The notes under the pieces were generated by a model that saw nothing but the letters and a program-made list of their open reading frames with translations, was not told the DNA's origin and did not search any database. DNA of 64,000 bases from Oscillospiraceae bacterium (GTDB lineage Bacteria > Bacillota > Clostridia > Oscillospirales > CAG-272): contig SVTJ01000005.1 of assembly GCA_015063845.1 (NCBI GenBank), forward strand, positions 19,454 to 83,453, written 5' to 3'. The position numbers were made by a program, and so were the translations under genes. Below are positions 35,751-43,921 of the stretch, in pieces. How positions within the stretch are numbered: the first letter of the stretch is position 1; the number at the start of each line of letters is the position of its first letter.

Positions 35751-35821
35751 CTGTCTATACCAACCTTTACTTATAATTCAAAAGTATTATACCACAAAAG
35801 GCGTCGTCTTTCAAGTACAAA

Positions 35822-35863
35822 ACCGCTTATGCCATCATTTTTTGACGGCACAAGCGGTTTTTT
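35822..35863 (-). terminator. Terminator downstream of the three-gene oxidoreductase operon
   Basis: 13-bp stem with one mismatch (AACCGCTTATGCC/GGCACAAGCGGTT), flanked by A- and T-runs. Confidence 0.7.
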
Positions 35864-35869
35864 CGTATT

Positions 35870-36223
35870 TTAAAGCTTTGCGTTTCTTGTGGTAACGACG
35901 TTCGCGTCCGTGCCGAGCACGTTTTCGATAACAATGTCACCGAGCTTTGCGTCGGGGCTGACGCGAGCGGCGTTTATCTGCTTCATACAATCGAACACCA
36001 GCTCCTTGGGAATTGCCTTGTCGGTCTTTACGGGAACGACACCGCCGCCCACAATAACTGCCGTGCTTGTGATGGTTCTCATCGGGGCTGTGCATTCAGC
36101 CTCGGCATACGCAACGCCGCGCTTGCAGGTCGCGCCCTCAACGCTGAGCACCTTTTTGCCGTCGAGCTCGACCTTGAGCTGACAGCCCTTTGGGCAAACT
36201 ATACACGTTAATTCTCTTATCAT
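35870..36223 (-). CDS. DUF1667-type small Cys-rich protein
   Basis: MIRELTCIVCPKGCQLKV..ATCKRG motif. GAGG RBS 8 nt before ATG 36223; the track start at 36244 lies inside the upstream gene. Third gene of a FAD oxidoreductase trio. Confidence 0.7.
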   Translation of the reverse strand: MIRELTCIVCPKGCQLKVELDGKKVLSVEGATCKRGVAYAEAECTAPMRTITSTAVIVGGGVVPVKTDKAIPKELVFDCMKQINAARVSPDAKLGDIVIENVLGTDANVVTTRNAKL

Positions 36224-36233
36224 TTTGCTTACC

Positions 36234-37484
36234 TCATTTCTCAATGCTGAAAGAAAGGTTGTCGCCAGCTACGCTCTCTATCATCTCGCGAGTAAGTGTG
36301 ACGGTCTCCATCTCACCGGGTGCGACCTTTTGCTTTTTCTTGTTTATGATCACTCTGTCTTTGTCACGCACGACAATACGCACGTCACGGTAAACGTCTG
36401 CAACACGGAAATATACGGTCACGTTCTCATTTGCGCTTATTCTCTGAGGAACGGTGTATCTCACCTTACCGTCGGTCGAGAGCGAGATACTTCTGCCGCT
36501 TGCGGTGTTGCCCTTTATATATTCGGCAGCCGCGCGACCCGCAATGTCAGCTTCCTCTGAGACGTAGTCGACGAGGTCGTGAACGTGAAGCACGTTTCCG
36601 CAAGCGAAAACGCCCTCAAGCTCGGTCGATCTGTTCTGGTCGACGACAGCTCCGCCCGTGATGCGGTCAAGTCCGATATTCGCGCTCTTGGTGAGCTCGT
36701 TTTCGGGAAGCAGACCGACCGAGAGAAGAAGTGTATCGCACTCGATAAACTGTCTCGTTTCGGGAATGGGGCGTCTGTTTTCGTCCACCTTAGCGATAGT
36801 CACTCCCTCAACTCTCTCCTTACCGTGTATCTCGACCACCGTGTGGCTGAGCATAAGGGGAATGGAGAAGTCGTTGAGACACTGCTCTATATTTCTCGCA
36901 AGTCCGCCCGAATAAGGCATGAGCTCGCAAACAGCCTTGACCTCTGCCCCCTCAAGCGTCATTCTTCTCGCCATTATAAGACCGATGTCTCCCGAGCCGA
37001 GAATTACCACCTTTTTGCCCGGCATATAGCCGTCCATATTGACAAATCTCTGCGCTGTTCCCGCAGTGAATATACCCGCAGGGCGTGTGCCCGCGATATT
37101 GAGCGCGCCCTTGGGACGCTCGCGGCAGCCCATGGCGAGTATTATTGCCTTTGCGTCGATGGTGAACAGTCCGTCCTCGCCGTTCATAGCGGTGACAGTT
37201 TTGTCGGGTGTTATGTCAAGCACCATAGTGCCAAGCTTCACGGGGATATTTCTTTCTCTTACCTGAAGCTCGTATCTGTACGCGTATTCGGGGCCTGTGA
37301 GCTCCTCGCCGAAGCGGTGGAGACCGAAGCCGTTGTGTATGCACTGGCGAAGTATTCCGCCGAGGCTCTTGTCTCTCTCAAGTATAAGAATGTCGCGAAT
37401 GCCCGCGTCATATGCGGCAACTGCCGCGCTCATTCCCGCAGGGCCGCCGCCGATAATAACAAGCTCCTTGCTCATCGTTGCCAT
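36234..37484 (-). CDS. NAD(P)/FAD-dependent pyridine nucleotide-disulfide-type oxidoreductase
   Basis: IIGGGPAGMSAA and a second dinucleotide motif VVILGSGDIGL. Confidence 0.8.
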   Translation of the reverse strand: MATMSKELVIIGGGPAGMSAAVAAYDAGIRDILILERDKSLGGILRQCIHNGFGLHRFGEELTGPEYAYRYELQVRERNIPVKLGTMVLDITPDKTVTAMNGEDGLFTIDAKAIILAMGCRERPKGALNIAGTRPAGIFTAGTAQRFVNMDGYMPGKKVVILGSGDIGLIMARRMTLEGAEVKAVCELMPYSGGLARNIEQCLNDFSIPLMLSHTVVEIHGKERVEGVTIAKVDENRRPIPETRQFIECDTLLLSVGLLPENELTKSANIGLDRITGGAVVDQNRSTELEGVFACGNVLHVHDLVDYVSEEADIAGRAAAEYIKGNTASGRSISLSTDGKVRYTVPQRISANENVTVYFRVADVYRDVRIVVRDKDRVIINKKKQKVAPGEMETVTLTREMIESVAGDNLSFSIEK

Positions 37485-37485
37485 A

Positions 37486-38916
37486 TTACATATCCCCCTT
37501 TGTCTTGCCGTAGTTTACTATCGAGCCCTTGCCGAACTTTGTAACGCTTTCAAAAGGGATACCTCTTTCTCTTGCGATAAGCTCAACTACCGTAGGCGAG
37601 CAGAAGCCGCCCTGGCATCTACCCATTCCGCTTCTTGTTCTTCGCTTTACGCCGTCTATGTCGCGCGCGGCGGGATTTACGGTGAGAGCCTCGACCACCT
37701 CACCCTCGGTGATGCCCTCGCAGCGGCAGACTATGCGACCGTATGCGGGGTCTTTTTTTATTATCGCGTTCTTCTCGTCCATAGTGAGCTCTCTGTAATA
37801 ATGCATGGGTCTGCGAGTGGCAATGAAATCTGCCTTCTTCTCTCCCAAAGCACCCTTGTCGGCGAGCAGCTGCTCGACGTACTCGGCAATGGCGGGAGCG
37901 GAGGAAAGTCCGGGGCTCTCAATGCCTCCGAGCGTTATAACGCCGTCTCTTTCCTTTATTATGAAGTCGCCGACGCTGCCCGTTGCGCGAAGTCCGCAGA
38001 AGGACGTTATGACCTTATTGAAGGGAATGTTCGATACGTTGTCGCTCGCCTTCGCGAATATGGTCGCGAAGCCCTCTGCTGTCGTGGAGGTGTCCTCCTT
38101 GTCCTCAATATCGGTAGCCGTAGGACCGAGCAAGAGATTTCCGTCGACAGTGGGGGAAACGAGAATACCCTTTCCCATCTTTGTGGGCGTGTGGAAAATA
38201 GTTCTTGTGGTAAAACCGCCGCACTCCTTATCGAGAAGCATATATTCACCGCGGCGAGGCTTTACGGTGAAGTCTGCGTCGCCTGTCATAGCCGCGATCT
38301 CGTCGGAATAAACGCCCGCGCTGTTTATGACATACTTTGCCTTTATCTCTCTGCCGTCGAGAGCCTTTACGGTATAGACACTGTCTGCTTTTTCAATACC
38401 GCATACCTCAAAATCAAGCTCAAGCGCCGCTCCGTTGTCCATAGCGTTGCCCACAGCGGCAAGACACAGCTCATAAGGGCAGACGATAGCTCCCGTTTTT
38501 GCGAGAAGAGCGACAGTAAGGTCGGGATTGAGGTTTGGCTCGAGCGTATGCAGCTCGTCCTTCTCGACAATGGACAGACCCTCAACGCCGTTTGCGAGAC
38601 CTCTCTTGTATATCGCCTCGACCTCGGATCTCTCGTTCTCAAAACCGACAACGAGGGATTGATTTCTCTTATACTTTACTCCAAGCTCACGGCAAACGCT
38701 CTCCATCATCTGCGAGCCTCTGACGTTCATACGTGCCTTCATAGAGCCCTCAGCTGCATCAAAGCCTGCGTGGACTATGGCGCTGTTAGCGCGTGTCGCA
38801 CCCATAGCAACGTCGCTTTCCTTGTCAACGATACAGATCTTCATATCGTATTTTGCAAGTGTTCTCGCTACCATTCCGCCGACAACACCCGCACCGATTA
38901 TGACTACGTCGTACAT
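37486..38916 (-). CDS. FAD-dependent glycerol-3-phosphate dehydrogenase/oxidase-like oxidoreductase with a BFD-like [2Fe-2S] domain
   Basis: AAAGGAG RBS precedes ATG 38916 (MYDVVIIGAGVVGG). C-terminal CRCEGITEGEV...RCQGGFC motif. Confidence 0.75.
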   Translation of the reverse strand: MYDVVIIGAGVVGGMVARTLAKYDMKICIVDKESDVAMGATRANSAIVHAGFDAAEGSMKARMNVRGSQMMESVCRELGVKYKRNQSLVVGFENERSEVEAIYKRGLANGVEGLSIVEKDELHTLEPNLNPDLTVALLAKTGAIVCPYELCLAAVGNAMDNGAALELDFEVCGIEKADSVYTVKALDGREIKAKYVINSAGVYSDEIAAMTGDADFTVKPRRGEYMLLDKECGGFTTRTIFHTPTKMGKGILVSPTVDGNLLLGPTATDIEDKEDTSTTAEGFATIFAKASDNVSNIPFNKVITSFCGLRATGSVGDFIIKERDGVITLGGIESPGLSSAPAIAEYVEQLLADKGALGEKKADFIATRRPMHYYRELTMDEKNAIIKKDPAYGRIVCRCEGITEGEVVEALTVNPAARDIDGVKRRTRSGMGRCQGGFCSPTVVELIARERGIPFESVTKFGKGSIVNYGKTKGDM

Positions 38917-38943
38917 AAATAATCTCCTTTTTATTTTTTTGCA

Positions 38944-38983
38944 CAAAAAAAGACGCACAAAAACACGGGATCCAATATCCCGT
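38944..38983 (-). promoter_or_regulatory. Leader-region intrinsic terminator (attenuator) upstream of the oxidoreductase operon
   Basis: On the minus strand: ACGGGAT-ATTGG-ATCCCGT followed by GTTTTTGTGCGTCTTTTTT. It lies between the promoter (39035-39063) and the RBS. Confidence 0.55.
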
Positions 38984-39034
38984 ACTTTAAGCGCATCTCC
39001 AAATCTCTGTGCGAATATTTAATTTACGTGTTAG

Positions 39035-39063
39035 ATTATAGCACTTTATCCCCGTTTTGTCAA
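39035..39063 (-). promoter_or_regulatory. Sigma-A type promoter of the oxidoreductase operon
   Basis: On the minus strand: TTGACA, 17 nt, TATAAT (both hexamers consensus). Confidence 0.7.
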
Positions 39064-39145
39064 CCCTTTTTTTGATAAACTTGCTCTCACAAGGCTCTTT
39101 TGTAAAGTTTTTGGAGCGAGTTATAATAAAAAACGGTAACAGGTC

Positions 39146-39174
39146 TTGAAAAAAGGGCGTAAATGTTTTATAAT
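39146..39174 (+). promoter_or_regulatory. Sigma-A type promoter for the thioesterase operon
   Basis: TTGAAA, 17 nt, TATAAT. Confidence 0.6.
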
Positions 39175-39206
39175 AACATACAGATAAAAGAAATGGAGAA
39201 GCCCAT

Positions 39207-39926
39207 ATGATTTTTTCTGAAAAATATACGACAAGGTGGCACGATACGGATGCTTTTCGCCGTGTCCGTCCCACACAGATGCTGGTTTATATGCAAGAGG
39301 TTTCGAATCATCATATGTCGTCGTGCGGAATGTCGCTTGACGAGCTCAGAGATAAAGAGCACCTCGCGTTTATACTCAGCAAGATAAGAATGAAGATATA
39401 CCGTCCGCTGTATGCCTTTGAGGATATCGAGGTGCAGACCTGGACTTGTGAGGGAAGGGGCTTTGCGATATCAAGGTCTTACCGAATAAAAAGAGGAGAC
39501 GATATAATCGCCGATGCAGACAGCACTTGGGCACTTGTAAATATTGAGGACAAAACGCTTGTCCGTCAGGAGGACTGTCACGTATACAGCTTTGAAAACG
39601 AGCCGTCGGTGGCTCTTGACGTGCCACCTCGCTTCAAGCTCCCGAAGGACGTTACCCTTGAGAGCGTCGGCAAGAGGCGCATCGTTTATTCCGACCTCGA
39701 CTACAATATGCATATGAACAACACAAGATATCCCGATATGCTCTGCGACTATCTTCCCACGGACGAGATAGGAAGAATAAGCGGAATATTTCTCTCATAC
39801 GTCCACGAGGCGGCGTTTGGAGACACGCTTGACGTTATGCGGGCAAAGAGTGAGAACGTAAGATACTTCCGCACGCTTGGCGAGAGCGGACAGACCTGCC
39901 TTGAGGCAGAGATAATACTTGACTGA
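39207..39926 (+). CDS. Acyl-ACP thioesterase
   Basis: Double hot-dog family start (YTTRWHDTDAFRRVRPTQMLVYMQE) and a second-half DLDYNMHMNNTRY motif. Confidence 0.8.
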   Translation: MIFSEKYTTRWHDTDAFRRVRPTQMLVYMQEVSNHHMSSCGMSLDELRDKEHLAFILSKIRMKIYRPLYAFEDIEVQTWTCEGRGFAISRSYRIKRGDDIIADADSTWALVNIEDKTLVRQEDCHVYSFENEPSVALDVPPRFKLPKDVTLESVGKRRIVYSDLDYNMHMNNTRYPDMLCDYLPTDEIGRISGIFLSYVHEAAFGDTLDVMRAKSENVRYFRTLGESGQTCLEAEIILD

Positions 39927-39940
39927 TAAGGAGAAACGCT

Positions 39941-41674
39941 ATGATAAAGCTTATATCACCCAAAAAATACGAGAACGTAGTTTTGCTTCGAGAGAGACAT
40001 CTTGAATACATAAAAAATCCCATTGCCGACCCCGAGGCGTCAAAGCAGATAGAATGGCTCAATCTTAAGGCAACGGGGCAGGATATGTCCTATCCCGAGC
40101 CCGTCGTGTTTAGCTATGAGCCTGCTGTTGACGGAGAGATAGTGCTCAAGCGCAGCGGAGGAGAAACAAGAACGTATAAGGCTGTTGCGGGCAAGGCGGA
40201 GATAACCAATCTTTATATTGATACCTTTTATGAGTGGTACGTTTGCATAGACGGCGAAAGGTCGAACACGAGCATATTCCACACCGACGCGCAGACCCCG
40301 AGAATGCTTTATGTCGACGGAATATCAAACGTAAGAGATATAGGCGGATTTTATACCGTTGACGGCAAGAAAAGGGTAAAGCAGGGGCTTGTGTTCCGTA
40401 CATCGGAGATGGATACGCACGTTGAGATAACCGAGGACGGCAAAAAAACGCTGCTCGACGAGCTTTGTATGAAGACCGATATCGACATAAGAGGCATCAA
40501 GGACGAATATCGCGGACCTGTGCTGGACGAGACGAGAGTAAAGTGGGTAAATTATCCTTTGGCGGCGTATATAGATATGTTCAACGAGGCGCAGATGGAG
40601 CTTTACAGACAGAGCTTTGAGTTGCTTGCTGACGAGAACACCTATCCGCTTATGCTTCATTGCTGGGGCGGCATAGACAGAACGGGCTGTTGGCTGTATA
40701 TTCTCGGCGGAATGCTGGGTGTCGGCAAGGACGACCTTGAGCTTGACTACGAGATGTCGTCGTTCTCGCGCTGGAACAGAAGAAACCGCAACCACCCTCA
40801 GTTTGTGGAATTTCTCGAGGCTCTGCATAAGTACGGAGAGACCACGTATGATGCGTGCGTAGGCTTTTTGCGCGCATGCGGAGTGAGCGATGAGACTATG
40901 GACAAGATAAGAAATATTCTTTTGGAGGACGCAACGGCGTCTTATAATAAGAGCGAATGGAACGGCTATGAAAGATATGACTTTATGTTTGAGGACAGAA
41001 GCGCGATAGTTGTCTGCCCCAAAAACCCCACGCCCGACAAAAAGTGGCTTTTCAAGACCGAGTATTTCGGCGCATTTCCTCGCTTTGAGCTGGATATGCT
41101 GGAGAAGGGCTACTACGTAGCGCACGTCAAGAACATCACGCGCTGGTGCCTGCCCGAGGATACCGACGCAAAGGCGAGATTTGCTGAGTTCCTTCACAAG
41201 GAGTTTGGCTTCTGCGAGAAATGCGTGCCCGTAGGAATGAGCTGCGGAGGAATGCAGGCGATCTATTTTGCGGCTAAATATCCGAAATACGTACCGGCAA
41301 TGTATATCGACGCGCCCGTTATCAATCTGCTCAGCTGCCCGTGCGGCGTCGGAACTGCCACGAACGGAGTTGAGAGACGTTACGCTGAATTCGTCAACGC
41401 AACGGGCTTTACGGTATCCGATATGATAAACTACCGCAATCACCCGATAGACCACGTGGACGAGTTGCTGGCGGCGGATATTCCCGTATTCCTTGTGTGC
41501 GGTGACAGCGATACCATAGTACCCTATGAGGAGAACGGCAAGGTGTTCTCACGTATCTACCGCGAGAAGGGCGGTACTATTGAGGAGATACTCAAAAAGG
41601 ATTGCGATCACCACCCCCACGGTCTCGAGGATACCACACCGATACAAAGGTTTGTGGAGAAGTATTATAACTGA
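39941..41674 (+). CDS. Fusion protein: PTP-superfamily (Y_phosphatase3-like) phosphatase domain plus C-terminal alpha/beta hydrolase domain
   Basis: CX5R P-loop HCWGGIDRTG around residue 245. The C-terminal half has GMSCGG (GxSxG), GDSDTIVP and DHHPHG, consistent with a Ser-Asp-His triad. Confidence 0.7.
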   Translation: MIKLISPKKYENVVLLRERHLEYIKNPIADPEASKQIEWLNLKATGQDMSYPEPVVFSYEPAVDGEIVLKRSGGETRTYKAVAGKAEITNLYIDTFYEWYVCIDGERSNTSIFHTDAQTPRMLYVDGISNVRDIGGFYTVDGKKRVKQGLVFRTSEMDTHVEITEDGKKTLLDELCMKTDIDIRGIKDEYRGPVLDETRVKWVNYPLAAYIDMFNEAQMELYRQSFELLADENTYPLMLHCWGGIDRTGCWLYILGGMLGVGKDDLELDYEMSSFSRWNRRNRNHPQFVEFLEALHKYGETTYDACVGFLRACGVSDETMDKIRNILLEDATASYNKSEWNGYERYDFMFEDRSAIVVCPKNPTPDKKWLFKTEYFGAFPRFELDMLEKGYYVAHVKNITRWCLPEDTDAKARFAEFLHKEFGFCEKCVPVGMSCGGMQAIYFAAKYPKYVPAMYIDAPVINLLSCPCGVGTATNGVERRYAEFVNATGFTVSDMINYRNHPIDHVDELLAADIPVFLVCGDSDTIVPYEENGKVFSRIYREKGGTIEEILKKDCDHHPHGLEDTTPIQRFVEKYYN

Positions 41675-41680
41675 TCTTTT

Positions 41681-41714
41681 AAGGGGAAAGCTTCCTATAG
41701 GAAGCTTTCCCCTT
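41681..41714. terminator. 34-bp perfect palindrome between convergent transcription units
   Basis: AAGGGGAAAGCTTCCTA/TAGGAAGCTTTCCCCTT. T/A tracts are weak, so terminator function is inferred from position. Confidence 0.55.
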
Positions 41715-41740
41715 ATCTATATTGATTTTGTGTCAGATCC

Positions 41741-41821
41741 TTATCTTTGCTTTTTTATACCGAAGAATTTTCTCAAAATAGGAGAAATAAGAGTTGGTGA
41801 GTGAACAAGCACTATCTTCAT
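41741..41821 (-). CDS. spoVM: 26-aa SpoVM-like sporulation peptide (below the ORF-track cutoff)
   Basis: MKIVLVHSPTLISPILRKFFGIKKQR. AGGAGG lies 8 nt upstream of the ATG. It has the same length as Bacillus SpoVM (MKFYTIKLPKFLGGIVRAMLGSFRKD) and a similar amphipathic pattern, and it sits downstream of thiN as in Bacillus. Confidence 0.5.
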   Translation of the reverse strand: MKIVLVHSPTLISPILRKFFGIKKQR

Positions 41822-41835
41822 AAGCACAGCCTCCT

Positions 41836-41997
41836 TTATCTGTTTCGCTTTCCAAGCAATAGAACGCCTGCGGCGATGACCACCACCGCCTCAATAAAGG
41901 CAAGAAAATATCCCGGGAGCAGAAAGGAAAGCAAAATTCCCGCTCCGAAGCACACGGCGCAAGTGCCTATAAGTACCCTCAAGTTTGCGCGACACAT
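41836..41997 (-). CDS. 53-aa small hydrophobic membrane protein (below the ORF-track cutoff)
   Basis: MCRANLRVLIGTCAVCFGAGILLSFLLPGYFLAFIEAVVVIAAGVLLLGKRNR. GGGAGG RBS lies 8 nt upstream. Two predicted TM helices. Its stop lies inside the RBS region of the spoVM-like ORF. Confidence 0.45.
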   Translation of the reverse strand: MCRANLRVLIGTCAVCFGAGILLSFLLPGYFLAFIEAVVVIAAGVLLLGKRNR

Positions 41998-42139
41998 CTC
42001 GTTCTACCTCCCACTGCGTAGTGTCTTTGTTTTAATTATATGCTCGCGTGAAGATTTTGTTACCCCAAAAACAAGGTTTTATAAATATAGACCCGTTTGT
42101 CCTCATATAATTTTTTAGAAAAGTATGAGAGGTGGTAAA

Positions 42140-43261
42140 ATGGGTTTTTGCGGAGCATTGGATAACAGCACGGGGCTTGTGAGGTTTTCGACCGTCAGAA
42201 AAATGTGCGGTCTGCACGGATACGGGTGCGCGTTCATAAACAAGGAATACGGAATAGTTTGCGGCGGCAGCGACAGTCACTCTGGCGAGGGTGTGCAGCC
42301 CATAACCGTAAGTCACAACAACGCGCTTTACACCGCCGCTATAATATGCGACGCGTACGACGGGCAGAGCGTAACTGCCGAGGGCGTGCTTGAGGGGTAT
42401 ATCGAAGAGGGCGAGAGCTTTATGAGCACCTTGGAGTTTCCGTATGCGCTCGCTCTTTACGACGGGCGTTGCGGAGAGCTGATGCTGACTAAAGGCACGA
42501 GAGGAGATAAGCCGCTTTTTTACAGCAGCGTGGATGGAGCTGTGTATTTTGCTACGTCCATACGCTCTCTTTTTAGGCTGTTCGGCGGCTGTGTAAGAGT
42601 GCGTAAGGACGCGCTTGTCGAACACATTTTCGGCGCGCCCGAGCCGTTTCCCGAACGCCTTTTTTGCGATATCCATAAGCTTTATGCGGGGCAGACACTG
42701 CTTTGCTCCCGACTTGGCGAGAGCCTTGTGGACACACCTCTCGGGGTATATTCGCAAACACACCGAGCAATAGAGGTTGGCGAGCCGCTTAAGATCAGTG
42801 AGACCGACGACGTGCGCAGAGAGCTGACGTACGCGCTCTTTACCTTTGACTATCCTCAATTCGACTGCTTTATGCCGCACCTTGCGAGCACGGCGAGAGA
42901 GAGGGCGAGAGCGGGGGAGAGAAGTCTTGCGTTTTGCGATGCGTTTTACAGCGCAAGTCCCGCGTATTCGTCTGAGAGAGCGGAAGGGTTTGGCACCTCT
43001 CTCGGCATAAGGCTAACGCCCACACCTGCCGAGCGTGAAAAAAAGCATTCGCGAGTGCATAGAGCAATGGAGAAGCAGATAGACGGCATACTCAACGAGT
43101 ATCTCGAACGCCCCTCGTGCGTGCTTCATAGATTGGTGGACGCGAGCTCGCTTGAGGCTATCAACAGCGAAAAAAGCATACCCTTGCGTATACGCAGAAA
43201 AGGTATGCTTTGCCAGACAGCTATGTGGTTTGAGAGCTATAATCTCGTGCTTGTAAATTAG
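42140..43261 (+). CDS. Asparagine synthetase-like protein (class-II glutamine amidotransferase-like N-domain; PP-loop synthetase core missing)
   Basis: The segment FPYALALYDGRCGELMLTKGTRGDKPLFYSSVDGAVYFATSIRSLF resembles the AsnB GATase domain. No SGGxDS motif. The N-terminus is MGFCG rather than MCG. Confidence 0.55.
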   Translation: MGFCGALDNSTGLVRFSTVRKMCGLHGYGCAFINKEYGIVCGGSDSHSGEGVQPITVSHNNALYTAAIICDAYDGQSVTAEGVLEGYIEEGESFMSTLEFPYALALYDGRCGELMLTKGTRGDKPLFYSSVDGAVYFATSIRSLFRLFGGCVRVRKDALVEHIFGAPEPFPERLFCDIHKLYAGQTLLCSRLGESLVDTPLGVYSQTHRAIEVGEPLKISETDDVRRELTYALFTFDYPQFDCFMPHLASTARERARAGERSLAFCDAFYSASPAYSSERAEGFGTSLGIRLTPTPAEREKKHSRVHRAMEKQIDGILNEYLERPSCVLHRLVDASSLEAINSEKSIPLRIRRKGMLCQTAMWFESYNLVLVN

Positions 43262-43296
43262 GGGAGCTTCAAAGCAAGCTCCCCCTTATTACTTTT
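43261..43296. terminator. Terminator between the convergent asnB-like gene and thiN
   Basis: GGGGAGCTT-CAAAGC-AAGCTCCCC followed by a T-rich tract. Confidence 0.7.
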
Positions 43297-43920
43297 TTAT
43301 TCGTCAACGCTCTCGATGATATAACACGCACCCTTGCGCACCGAAATGAGCGCGCAATTGCCCGTGACCTCGTTTGAAACGGCGAGCGTATCGTCTCTCA
43401 TAAGAGTTGCGTTCTTGAGCGGATACTTACAGCCCTCGATGTCAACTCCCTTTATTTTTTTGTCGATAGGGAGAACGGATACGTACTTATACTGACTTTT
43501 CGCGATAAGCGTGCTTGAGCCGTTTATGTAGCGAACGCGGTTGTATCCGTCGGTGGCTACGGCGTGAACTCGCATATCTCCGAGCTTCTGGAGAAGACCG
43601 AGATTTGCCAGAGTGTGGTCAAGCCTGCCGCCAAGCCCACCGACGATAACTATCTCGTTCGCGCCCATATCAAGCGCGGTCTGCACGGCAAGCTGAGTAT
43701 CCGTAAAATCCTTTTCTGCGGGAACGGTTATGACCTTGATGCCGTCGGGCAACGGCTCACCTATGGAGTCGAAGTCTCCGAGAAGCACGTCTACCTTCTC
43801 GCCGAGAACCTTGGCGTTTTTATATCCGCTGTCCGCCGCTATGCAGATATCGTCCGACTTCGGATGCTCGGTAATATTCTGTTTGTTTATTCTTCCGCCC
43901 GTGTAAATAAAAGCCTTCAT
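43297..43920 (-). CDS. thiN: Thiamine diphosphokinase
   Basis: Motif VDVLLGDFDS. 207 aa. Downstream of rsgA as in Bacillus (yloS). Confidence 0.85.
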   Translation of the reverse strand: MKAFIYTGGRINKQNITEHPKSDDICIAADSGYKNAKVLGEKVDVLLGDFDSIGEPLPDGIKVITVPAEKDFTDTQLAVQTALDMGANEIVIVGGLGGRLDHTLANLGLLQKLGDMRVHAVATDGYNRVRYINGSSTLIAKSQYKYVSVLPIDKKIKGVDIEGCKYPLKNATLMRDDTLAVSNEVTGNCALISVRKGACYIIESVDE

Positions 43921-43921
43921 A

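Noticed and set aside
41801-42118. 105-aa ORF on the plus strand.
   Set aside because: It is antisense to the RBS-equipped 53-aa membrane ORF, has no RBS, and its sequence is low-complexity.
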